Source of the DNA: a virus
Direction: 5' to 3' (one strand)
IMG/VR virus record: IMGVR_UViG_3300015203_000005
Location: 1 to 45,668 of that record
Length of the DNA stretch: 45,668 nucleotides
The position numbers and the translations under genes were made by a program. Below the pieces are notes generated by a model that saw nothing but the letters and a program-made list of their open reading frames with translations, searched no databases and was not told the DNA's origin. Below, piece after piece: positions 26,673 to 33,911 of the stretch. Each line of letters begins with the position of its first letter. Within the stretch, counting starts at the first letter, position 1.

Positions 26673-26890
26673 TTTAAATGCTCGTCAAGTGCTTCGTCCA
26701 GAATTTTAATTTCCCGATTTAAAGATTCGGTAAGGTTTCTTAGTTCAATGAGTGTAGCCCTTAACTCCTTAATCTCAGCATCCGCCTTCTCGCACTCGGC
26801 TGTGGCTCCGGCGCGATAACCAGCGACTCCAGAGGCATAGGCAAATGCCTCTGAGGCTCGTTCAATCCGTTCCTTGTCTGCGTTATTCAT
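26669..26890 (-). CDS. 73-aa coiled-coil hypothetical protein
   Basis: ORF track. Confidence 0.55.
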   Translation of the reverse strand: MNNADKERIERASEAFAYASGVAGYRAGATAECEKADAEIKELRATLIELRNLTESLNREIKILDEALDEHLK

Positions 26891-26903
26891 AAGAGATTAT
26901 AAG

Positions 26904-27014
26904 TTAGGGGTGACAAGTGTTAAGTGCAATAGCTAATAATAAAATAACAACAATCCATTTAAAGCATCCGTCATTACTATCCTGTATAGCTTTGATTATT
27001 TTATCTTCCATCAT
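26904..27014 (-). CDS. 36-aa single-TM micro-protein candidate
   Basis: MMEDKIIKAIQDSNDGCFKWIVVILLLAIALNTCHP, hand translated from the 137-nt gap. Confidence 0.25.
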   Translation of the reverse strand: MMEDKIIKAIQDSNDGCFKWIVVILLLAIALNTCHP

Positions 27015-27027
27015 TGGTGTGGATCAT

Positions 27028-27630
27028 TTATATGGCTATACTATCAACCTGTTCGTACCGGCAACCAGCCACCGGATTACCATTCTTCATAGCTTCCTTT
27101 ATTACCGCCTCATCCGGCATACAGTAACCGCGTGGAACCAAGTCAGGATTGTCTATAAACAGTTTCCAAACTTTCCGTACTTGCGCCGTTCCATTGTCCA
27201 CCCGCAGGTCGGCCATCTTACCCACGATAGTAGAAACCTTTTTGATTTTTCCATTTTCAAAGTCCTGTTCCGCTTTGGCCGACAATTTTTTCAAAGTCTC
27301 CAAAAATTCCAGCATATCCATCTTAGTCTTGTTTTCGATTTCGGCCACACGGTTCTGGAACGGTTTGAAGTGCGCGCGCGTGGCTTTGCGCGCCTCGTTC
27401 AATGGGGTGGTTATACGTTTCTCCTCCACCTCTGCCTGCTTGCTCAACTCTTTTAACTTGCTGATGAGCGTGGCGGCCAGTTCATAGTCATCCTTAGTCC
27501 GTATCTTTAGATCCGTTACTTTACGGATCGTCGGGGCCGCCAATTTTTCCAAACTCGCCACGACGACCGCCGTATTAACTACGCTAGATGAAGTGGAACT
27601 AAGTCGTACTTTAGTTTTTTCTTGTTTCAT
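27028..27630 (-). CDS. 200-aa coiled-coil protein, possibly Gam / gp157-like host-nuclease inhibitor
   Basis: Long helical N-terminal part and a C-terminal ...VRKVWKLFIDNPDLVPRGYCMPDEAVIKEAMKNG. Function is a weak guess. ATG 27630 preferred over GTG 27657. Confidence 0.5.
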   Translation of the reverse strand: MKQEKTKVRLSSTSSSVVNTAVVVASLEKLAAPTIRKVTDLKIRTKDDYELAATLISKLKELSKQAEVEEKRITTPLNEARKATRAHFKPFQNRVAEIENKTKMDMLEFLETLKKLSAKAEQDFENGKIKKVSTIVGKMADLRVDNGTAQVRKVWKLFIDNPDLVPRGYCMPDEAVIKEAMKNGNPVAGCRYEQVDSIAI

Positions 27631-27756
27631 GTAATTTAAGTTTAATATATGTTTCACAGCACAGGCGATTACAAAAGTGCCACTTGTTCTTTACTACGTG
27701 GCAAAACCCAAGTCGTTTCTTACAATTATCGCACAACAGTATGTAACCTGGTATTT

Positions 27757-27906
27757 TCAATTCCTACTGAATGAATGGTAATTATCGAACGCGAGCCGCC
27801 ATGTGTTGACGGTTGGAACTACGGCGAACTTGGCGGCCCAAAACACTACCTCACGATCCAAGCCGTCAAGATAGTCAATGGTAATAACCTGTTTATAAGT
27901 TAACAT
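27757..27906 (-). CDS. 49-aa hypothetical protein
   Basis: Hand translated. Start overlaps the stop of the upstream small ORF. Confidence 0.35.
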   Translation of the reverse strand: MLTYKQVITIDYLDGLDREVVFWAAKFAVVPTVNTWRLAFDNYHSFSRN

Positions 27907-28061
27907 AGTTTCTCTTCCTTTATATGTTTACGAATCAAATACCGTATAAGCTGGTTAGCACTTAGGTCTTTTTCCTTTAGCCATTTCTTCACAGCAACTT
28001 CCTCCGCGTGCTCTAGTTGCCAGCCGTGGAACGATATACCGGTTTTGTTAGGTCGTGCCAT
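27900..28061 (-). CDS. 53-aa small DNA-binding-like (RHH-type?) protein
   Basis: MARPNKTGISFHGWQLEHAEEVAVKKWLKEKDLSANQLIRYLIRKHIKEEKLC, hand translated. Confidence 0.4.
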   Translation of the reverse strand: MARPNKTGISFHGWQLEHAEEVAVKKWLKEKDLSANQLIRYLIRKHIKEEKLC

Positions 28062-28063
28062 GC

Positions 28064-28327
28064 TTATAAATCTTTAGGTGACTTTTGTCTTTTTAATTGA
28101 TGCCTGATTCCTTCAAGTGTATAGTACCCGGTACGCCATAGCTTTTTAATTCGTCGCAGCATTGTGCGCTCAGCCGCACTTATGTGCCTGACTCCACCAG
28201 TACCAGCCGTTCCAGAGCCATGCCGCTTAGTGGCATAACCGAAGTAATCGCACCAATACCTTATTACGAATACCTTTAGGCGGCTCTCGCGAGCGATTTC
28301 TTTTAAGGTCCAGTATAGCTTACCCAT
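28064..28327 (-). CDS. MerR-family HTH protein (87 aa)
   Basis: YWTLKEIARESRLKVFVIRYWCDYFG ... RHISAAERTMLRRIKKLWRTGYYTLEGIRHQL follows the MerR HTH plus helix layout. Confidence 0.65.
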   Translation of the reverse strand: MGKLYWTLKEIARESRLKVFVIRYWCDYFGYATKRHGSGTAGTGGVRHISAAERTMLRRIKKLWRTGYYTLEGIRHQLKRQKSPKDL

Positions 28328-28524
28328 TATTCAAAAGAATTTCCTGAGTACTGTAAGCTACCTTTATTCGGCGGGTTACTCACCTGGATACCTTCCTCTC
28401 CTGCATGAATGGAGTACCATCCACCATCAGGGAAAGATATAAGCCACATATCAGAATGTTGTGCGCTGCGGCGAACGGTTCTGTTACCGGAGCGAAAGGC
28501 GATAATTTTTTCTTTTGTTGGCAT
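28327..28524 (-). CDS. 65-aa hypothetical protein
   Basis: ORF track. Confidence 0.5.
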   Translation of the reverse strand: MPTKEKIIAFRSGNRTVRRSAQHSDMWLISFPDGGWYSIHAGEEGIQVSNPPNKGSLQYSGNSFE

Positions 28525-28917
28525 AGTTGTAAATGGTTATAAGTTTGTAGTACACCCAGGACTCGAACCTGGCACCAAAGACTATCTCTAACTTTAGCCG
28601 CTCCACTAGCTTTGTACTTGCCCTCAAGGGTTAAGATGGAAACGCTCCATCAGGGACTCCGTTCTTGCAGCCTACTTACTTTTATCCTGCACGATTTAAG
28701 TAAGTGCTATCCCCCTCTCTACGCCACAACTATTCCCGTGGCCGGTAACTTTAATGTTTAAGCAGGCCGGTGTGGTATCTTGCTCCCCAATACTCATACA
28801 ACTACTGCTGTACTTATCGGTTCATAGCGTTCCCATACTCCGTTTACTTTTCCTACCTGCTACCGCCATCCCAATGCCTCGTCAGGGCACATCGGTGTTC
28901 GGATAGCGCAACGTTCT
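28525..28917 (-). ncRNA. 393-nt ORF-free, hairpin-rich segment ending in tRNA-like element 1 (candidate structured RNA)
   Basis: No minus-strand ORF of 60 aa or more. Hairpins at 28674-28705 (8 bp) and 28635-28651 (6 bp). Lies inside an otherwise tightly packed operon. Confidence 0.4.
28548..28618 (-). tRNA. tRNA-like element 1 (71 nt), anticodon arm not canonical
   Basis: Minus strand: AGTACAA...CCAGG-TTCGAGT-CCTGG-GTGTACT-A. 6/7-bp acceptor stem and a perfect T arm. The middle folds as a 6-bp stem CTAAAG/CTTTGG with an 11-nt loop. Confidence 0.45.
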
Positions 28918-30210
28918 TTACACTTCTAATTTGGCAAAAAACTCCTCTACTTTTTCATTACAGAAAAATTTCGCCGCCGTGAGTTTAGAGGCAAGGGTTA
29001 GACCTTCCAGGCTACGTGCCCGACTAAGCGCCACGTATAGTTGACCTTCGGCGAAGATTTTATTCGCGTCCACATGAACTTTATCAAACGATTGCCCCTG
29101 CGATTTGTGTATGGAAATACTCCAAGCAAGTTTCAATGGTACTTGTTCGATCGCGGCCTTTAATACTTCTACACGTTCACCACCTTGCATTTCCTTTACC
29201 TTATGCTCGCGACGCTTTTTGTAGACTGGAACAATGGGGCCGCCGTCAAGCTGTACGCTTACCACATCATCCTGTAGTTCCACCACTGTGCCAAGCGAAC
29301 CGTTCACAGTTATACCTTTGCCTGCTTTTGCGTTGGGTGGAACGTCAGCATTATTCACGGTTACCATAACTTGTGCGCCGACCTTGAGTGTGAGTGGAAC
29401 CAGGTCTATTTTTTCCGGCCACTTACCATATTCCTTGCACGTGTACGTCTTTGGCTCAGCCTGTATTGCTTTAAGAAACTGCTGATTAATGATTTCCGTT
29501 TCCTTATTGGTTCCAGCCAGCCGGATACGTACGTCCTCTATCTTCGGCTTCACATTTTTGTTTAGTTCCACTAACTGCTTCGGCGTAACTTCGCCGGTGC
29601 GGCAAGAGTGGAGAATGGAAATAAATTTGTTATCTCCCTTTTGCCGCAACACTTCAGTAAGTTCCAATATTTGAAAATCGGCCGCCTCAAAAACTTTGGA
29701 ACTAAACACGAATGGCGAATCATAATGCAGTTTCATCTCCGCTCCATCCCTACCAACCACTGGTGGTAGTTGGTAGAAGTCCCCAACAAGTACCACCTGT
29801 ATGCCACCGAACGGCAGGTCCACCTGTTTGAAGTGACGCAGTTCCCGATCAATATAATCGAACGTATCGGCACGTACCATACTTACCTCATCAATGATAA
29901 GGTACTTAACGCCGTACGTTAGATGTTTGACTATACTATCGAACGTCGTGAACTTGTTAAAGTCAGGGTGGAAAATACCATCACTTACAGGTATACCAAA
30001 CACGGAATGGAGCGTCTTTCCACCTCCGTTTATTGCCGCCAGGCCGGTAGGCGCGCACATCGTCCACGGCTTTTGCGAGTATTCAAGCAGCGCCCGCTCA
30101 AGTACTGTTTTGCCGACGCCCGGTTTTCCGCATATAAGTATGTTGCGCGACGAATTTTCAACTATGTCAAAAATCCGTTGCTGATCGTTTGTTAATGTAT
30201 GTAGTTCCAT
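28918..30210 (-). CDS. Pif1/RecD-like SF1 DNA helicase
   Basis: ILICGKPGVGKT (Walker A), LIIDEVSMV (Walker B), GDFYQLPPV, SIHKSQGQSFDKV, YVALSRARS. Confidence 0.85.
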   Translation of the reverse strand: MELHTLTNDQQRIFDIVENSSRNILICGKPGVGKTVLERALLEYSQKPWTMCAPTGLAAINGGGKTLHSVFGIPVSDGIFHPDFNKFTTFDSIVKHLTYGVKYLIIDEVSMVRADTFDYIDRELRHFKQVDLPFGGIQVVLVGDFYQLPPVVGRDGAEMKLHYDSPFVFSSKVFEAADFQILELTEVLRQKGDNKFISILHSCRTGEVTPKQLVELNKNVKPKIEDVRIRLAGTNKETEIINQQFLKAIQAEPKTYTCKEYGKWPEKIDLVPLTLKVGAQVMVTVNNADVPPNAKAGKGITVNGSLGTVVELQDDVVSVQLDGGPIVPVYKKRREHKVKEMQGGERVEVLKAAIEQVPLKLAWSISIHKSQGQSFDKVHVDANKIFAEGQLYVALSRARSLEGLTLASKLTAAKFFCNEKVEEFFAKLEV

Positions 30211-30223
30211 ATAGATAGTTTTA
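30211..30223 (-). promoter_or_regulatory. Conserved leader 13-mer TAAAACTATCTAT abutting the start codon (copy 1)
   Basis: Plus strand ATAGATAGTTTTA lies directly next to the helicase ATG (30208-30210). Confidence 0.5.
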
Positions 30224-30224
30224 T

Positions 30225-30578
30225 TTATTCAAAATGAATAGTATAACTTTTAAACTCCTGTTGTTGCGTAACCTGGTACGGCCATTTACAATCAAATGGT
30301 ATCTCTATAATTTCAAAAGTGGCTGCAATAAAAAATACCCCCTGAAATCTTTTATACCAACCGCTCGCAAAACTATCGCTTTTAGTATTAAAAGAATCTA
30401 AATGTAGCATACTTATTCCTTCTGGGAGTAACGCATCTAATTCAGGAAAAACCCCTTTACCATTTGTTTCTTTCGCGTTTAAACCGTTAAAGAAATTATT
30501 ATACATGCTGCCATTAACTTCATTTAGTCTACCTAAACTTCTTACATCTCTCATTTTGTTATTGTTAATAGTCTCCAT
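30225..30578 (-). CDS. 117-aa hypothetical protein, visibly AT-rich
   Basis: ORF track. By eye the base composition is clearly more AT-rich than its neighbours. Confidence 0.55.
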   Translation of the reverse strand: METINNNKMRDVRSLGRLNEVNGSMYNNFFNGLNAKETNGKGVFPELDALLPEGISMLHLDSFNTKSDSFASGWYKRFQGVFFIAATFEIIEIPFDCKWPYQVTQQQEFKSYTIHFE

Positions 30579-30661
30579 CCTTTAGGAATCGGCGGCAATT
30601 CACGCGCGTACAAAGTCACACGCTCGCCGCCATAAATGTGCATAATGTTATACTGTTTCAT
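30551..30661 (-). CDS. 36-aa hypothetical protein (MKQYNIMHIYGGERV...)
   Basis: Part of ORF 30551..30736. ATG 30661 overlaps the upstream stop by 14 nt. Confidence 0.25.
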   Translation of the reverse strand: MKQYNIMHIYGGERVTLYARELPPIPKGWRLLTITK

Positions 30662-31022
30662 ACGCAGGTATTTTAAAAATTTCCATGTTCGTCCGCGCCT
30701 GTTTGGCGACTGCGATGTCGTTAAGCTGCCCAGCATACTTCACAATCCTTGGCTCACCCTTTCTATTTGGTTTCATCCAGTTCGCGATCTGCCAATCAAG
30801 CAGCGTGCCGTACTTCATGTAATACTTTGCCGTGATGGCTCCGATCCTTCCATCTGTGCCCGTAAACCCCACGCCGTTCTGTAAGCGCGTGACGTTATTG
30901 TGTTTCTCCACCTCTGTTTGGCGGTGGAACAACGCGACAAGCGCCCGGCCGATAACCCGCGCAGGGTCCTTGGTAATCAACTCCTTAAGCGATTGCTTTG
31001 TAACCAATGGTGCTGGTTTCAT
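30648..31022 (-). CDS. 124-aa hypothetical protein
   Basis: ORF track. ATGA coupling upstream. Confidence 0.6.
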   Translation of the reverse strand: MKPAPLVTKQSLKELITKDPARVIGRALVALFHRQTEVEKHNNVTRLQNGVGFTGTDGRIGAITAKYYMKYGTLLDWQIANWMKPNRKGEPRIVKYAGQLNDIAVAKQARTNMEIFKIPAYETV

Positions 31023-31222
31023 ATAAGGGCTTTTTTAGCAAAGTAATTTGCATTTTCTATCGAAGGTAAATTACCAAGCGTTCTAAACTGTTTACTCTGT
31101 TCACCATGCAAGTAAACAATAACTGTCCACCCTGTTCTAGTTTCACTTCTTAACCAGACAACGTGTTGGCCATTATTTATCCAAAATTCTGCTTTTTCTA
31201 TTTTAGTAGGTACGGTTTTCAT
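31019..31222 (-). CDS. 67-aa hypothetical protein, AT-rich
   Basis: ORF track. Confidence 0.55.
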   Translation of the reverse strand: MKTVPTKIEKAEFWINNGQHVVWLRSETRTGWTVIVYLHGEQSKQFRTLGNLPSIENANYFAKKALI

Positions 31223-31512
31223 TTCGGTAAGCGGTTAATGATAGCAGTAAGTTTATTTATGCACTTAGGTAGTAAACCTTCCCAACCGGGGGCGTTCCAA
31301 ATTGCAATTAGTTTTTGTACCTCTTGCGTTAACTCTGGTGCGATCAGTACCACGTCCTGCCCGATAAGATTAAGCGCAGCCAGGGTGGAGGCGGCATCAT
31401 TCAGTTTTTCAAGAAAAGGTACAAGGTCGGATTTTTTTGTCCGCACGTTGGCTTTCCAATTTCTTCGTGCATAGTTAACCGCACCTGTTTGTTCTTTGAT
31501 TGTGTGTTTCAT
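31219..31512 (-). CDS. 97-aa hypothetical protein
   Basis: ORF track. Start is preceded by the conserved 13-mer. Confidence 0.55.
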   Translation of the reverse strand: MKHTIKEQTGAVNYARRNWKANVRTKKSDLVPFLEKLNDAASTLAALNLIGQDVVLIAPELTQEVQKLIAIWNAPGWEGLLPKCINKLTAIINRLPK

Positions 31513-31525
31513 ATAGATAGTTTTA
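31513..31525 (-). promoter_or_regulatory. Conserved leader 13-mer TAAAACTATCTAT abutting the start codon (copy 2)
   Basis: Plus strand ATAGATAGTTTTA lies directly next to ATG 31510-31512. Confidence 0.5.
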
Positions 31526-31532
31526 ATTAAGT

Positions 31533-31631
31533 TGGCAGATGGTACTGGATTCGAACCAGTGTACTAAAGGAGCAGCGAACAGTTTAGCCATGTTCTTTTA
31601 CCCCGACCGTAGACCGCTTGGTTAACCATCT
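31533..31631 (-). tRNA. tRNA-like element 2 (99 nt including encoded CCA), type II-like D arm, extended non-canonical anticodon arm
   Basis: AGATGGT/ACCATCT perfect acceptor, ACTGG-TTCGAAT-CCAGT T arm, discriminator G + CCA. D stem ACC/GGT with loop AAGCGGTCTAC. Confidence 0.6.
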
Positions 31632-31637
31632 GTTTTT

Positions 31638-32324
31638 TTATGCACCAATTCTTTTTTGCACAAGTCCGCGTGACCAAGCCGAAAATGATACATCCTCTTT
31701 TACAAGAATTGCATCAACTTTTTTCCAATCAGCTTCGGTAAGAAACATATTGTTCCCGCGTGGGATTGTCTTTTCACCCTTTACTTTAGTGACAGGTTTT
31801 TTGGCAGCCGCTTTTCCGTTTTTCTTACTTGTTTTCATGTTTGCATTTTCGGCTGCCGCCATCGTTACAGTTTTTACTATTTTACTTTTTGGACCTTTAG
31901 CGGAAATTTTTTCGCCTTTCACATTTTCTACCTTCGGTGCGTGAGAGGGTGGAACTACTTCGCCGTTTATGTAAGCAGATTCAAATGTCCACTTATTCGT
32001 GCGGGCGCTGCCGATCTCTATACCCACGGGATCGGTTTCCTCTTCCACTAACATGGTGAATTTGTCCTTTAGGTAAGTGATATAAAATTCGCCCTCTTTT
32101 TCGTTGAGCCAGATCGTATGTTCAACGCCTTTGTTTTTCTTTGACAGCTTTACGACTAGCTGCTTTGTTGTGTTCATGTCCATATTGCGTGCATATTTAA
32201 AGTTGACAAACTTGGCTGGAAATATTGCCAGCACTTTTTCTAAGGCATTAAAAAAATTTCGGCCCTGAGCGTGAACTCTACGGACACTGGTCGGCCCACG
32301 GATAAGGAATGGATAACTGTTCAT
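31638..32324 (-). CDS. 228-aa protein with a Lys-rich central linker (DNA-binding-like)
   Basis: ORF track. Contains KKNGKAAAKKPVTKVKGEK. Confidence 0.6.
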   Translation of the reverse strand: MNSYPFLIRGPTSVRRVHAQGRNFFNALEKVLAIFPAKFVNFKYARNMDMNTTKQLVVKLSKKNKGVEHTIWLNEKEGEFYITYLKDKFTMLVEEETDPVGIEIGSARTNKWTFESAYINGEVVPPSHAPKVENVKGEKISAKGPKSKIVKTVTMAAAENANMKTSKKNGKAAAKKPVTKVKGEKTIPRGNNMFLTEADWKKVDAILVKEDVSFSAWSRGLVQKRIGA

Positions 32325-32515
32325 CGGCTTTTAACCATTTCATATTCCATAGGCCATTGGGTAGTGTCCATTTCAATTTCCTGATCTAAGAAACAAAAAC
32401 AATCAGGCCGACAAAAATCGTCCGCAGGGCTGTCAAAGTCCTGTGTAAAATAAACGCTTTCATAATTTCCGTTGTCAGACTTGCTACGGAAATACAGTAG
32501 TCTTACTTTTTCCAT
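32321..32515 (-). CDS. 64-aa hypothetical protein (MEKVRLLYF...)
   Basis: Within ORF 32321..32605. ATG 32515 lies 1 nt after the upstream stop. Confidence 0.5.
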   Translation of the reverse strand: MEKVRLLYFRSKSDNGNYESVYFTQDFDSPADDFCRPDCFCFLDQEIEMDTTQWPMEYEMVKSR

Positions 32516-32516
32516 A

Positions 32517-32681
32517 CTATTGTGGCCTCCTTCCAATGAATGTAAGTTCTGGCTTCCGTACGGTACAAACCAGTCCATTATCCTGCCTGACCTTATACTT
32601 GTCACTGTTATGGTACGGCTGCACGATTCTGGCTAGCTCGGTACCTTGTACCAAGACGCGATTTCCTTTTTGGTATGTCAT
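32517..32681 (-). CDS. 54-aa hypothetical protein (MTYQKGNRVLVQG...)
   Basis: Within ORF 32517..32753. ATG 32681 is preceded by the conserved 13-mer. Confidence 0.5.
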   Translation of the reverse strand: MTYQKGNRVLVQGTELARIVQPYHNSDKYKVRQDNGLVCTVRKPELTFIGRRPQ

Positions 32682-32685
32682 ATAA

Positions 32686-32698
32686 ATAGATAGTTTTA
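32686..32698 (-). promoter_or_regulatory. Conserved leader 13-mer TAAAACTATCTAT (copy 3, 4 nt from the ATG)
   Basis: Plus strand ATAGATAGTTTTA at 32686-32698. Confidence 0.5.
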
Positions 32699-32768
32699 AG
32701 TTCAACAGTTTTAAAAAATATAGCCGCCTGGTTTTCGGTAGCCTACTAGGCAAGACGCTATATTAAAA

Positions 32769-32820
32769 CTACTATACTCAAGCGGCCGTAAGTACACGGC
32801 GGCAATTACGAGTATAGTAG
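32769..32820. repeat. Perfect 11-bp inverted repeat enclosing a nested 5-bp hairpin
   Basis: CTACTATACTC ... GAGTATAGTAG, with an inner GCCGT-aagtac-ACGGC. Confidence 0.8.
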
Positions 32821-33178
32821 AATTTAAAAGAAAGCTAGTTGTTTACTTGCGTAACTCTTTACAACTTATGGACTAGCTACGCGCGTTAACGATTTACCGC
32901 CTGTGCTCAACTTTCTTTTGGTCGCAAGATGCCAAGCGAATGGCGGGCTAATAAAATGTGGTTAACTTTATTACCACTTGCGATTTCTCCTTCAGGTTCC
33001 GGCGGCTCTAGTGTCCGACGCTTACGGGCGTTTCCGGTTCTGGGTTCCAGTTCGTGTCTTGCACGGCTGTGAGTGTTTGGGAAGTCCTGCTCTTCCGGTA
33101 GTTAAACCTGCTCTAAACGCCAGATTCTATACTAACAACAAGACAAATATCATAATAAGTTATTTCTCAACCTAATTT

Positions 33179-33706
33179 TCAATGACTTATTTTTCTGCTA
33201 TTTTGGGCTAATTTGGCCGATTTTGGGCTTTTAACTAAAGTTTTACTTTCAATAGCCGCCTTTTCACCTATTAATGTACCCCAAGAGCGCCCTAATTTCT
33301 TTTCTTCCGCTTGCAGTCGCAGTTCCACCTCCTTACGACAATGCGCCCGGTTCCGGTGCCAATGAAAACACAGGTGGTACTTGCGCTCAAAGGTAATGAT
33401 TAACCGTTCCAGACCCTGGCTGCTGAACTTACGATCACGGCCATATGGGAAATTTTTTTCAATGAAATTTTTTTTCGTCCCTTCAACGTAGACACAAATG
33501 GTAATGCGTTCCCACGCTGCGCGAAAAAGTTCCGCCTTAAATCGGCTGTTACCTTGCACCAAAGTCCCATACAAATCTTGTAGGCTCTTGCGCTCTATAT
33601 GGAAAACGTTCTTTAGTTTCTCGGTGGTGTAATCCCCAACGCAAAGTGTACAGCGAACGGACTGGAACAAAGGTAGCTGTTCGCGGGTATCAACAAGAAT
33701 TTTCAT
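33179..33706 (-). CDS. ERCC4-type (XPF/Mus81-like) nuclease, probable junction resolvase
   Basis: KILVDTRE ... VGDY ... IERKSLQDL is the ERCC4 catalytic signature. ATG 33706 preferred. Confidence 0.75.
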   Translation of the reverse strand: MKILVDTREQLPLFQSVRCTLCVGDYTTEKLKNVFHIERKSLQDLYGTLVQGNSRFKAELFRAAWERITICVYVEGTKKNFIEKNFPYGRDRKFSSQGLERLIITFERKYHLCFHWHRNRAHCRKEVELRLQAEEKKLGRSWGTLIGEKAAIESKTLVKSPKSAKLAQNSRKISH

Positions 33707-33716
33707 ACCCACGTAT

Positions 33717-33911
33717 CTAGGATGCACATGCGTACCTGGCCAACTTCTCGGCATACAATTCACAATCCTCCTTTGGTATAGACCGCAGCAACATCGTGCT
33801 TTCCTTTCGTAGTTTAACTATACGCACCTGGGCGTCCCGAACGCGGGCCTGCTGCACTTTGGACAGGGTGGAAATCTCGCGCATACGGCGAATCTTTTGA
33901 ACGGTGTTCAT
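33717..33911 (-). CDS. 64-aa basic helical hypothetical protein
   Basis: ORF track. ATGA coupling. Confidence 0.5.
   Translation of the reverse strand: MNTVQKIRRMREISTLSKVQQARVRDAQVRIVKLRKESTMLLRSIPKEDCELYAEKLARYACAS

Noticed and set aside
26917-27487. Plus-strand ORFs 26917..27456 and 27149..27487
   Set aside because: They are antisense to the well-formed coiled-coil gene 27028..27630, which belongs to the coupled leftward operon.
28525-28917. tmRNA hypothesis for the 393-nt region with a tRNA-like 3' end
   Set aside because: The acceptor stem (AGTACA./GTGTACT) has no G3-U70 pair and no G-rich 5' end. I found no tag-like reading frame ending in a hydrophobic Ala-rich peptide.
28525-28917. 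tRNA interrupted by a group I intron
   Set aside because: GAGATAGTC resembles the group I S element, but it lies too close to the T arm. No P7 partner (GACT-type R element) was found. Joining candidate exons (AGTACAG at 28816 with the 3' half) does not rebuild a D arm or a 7-nt anticodon loop.
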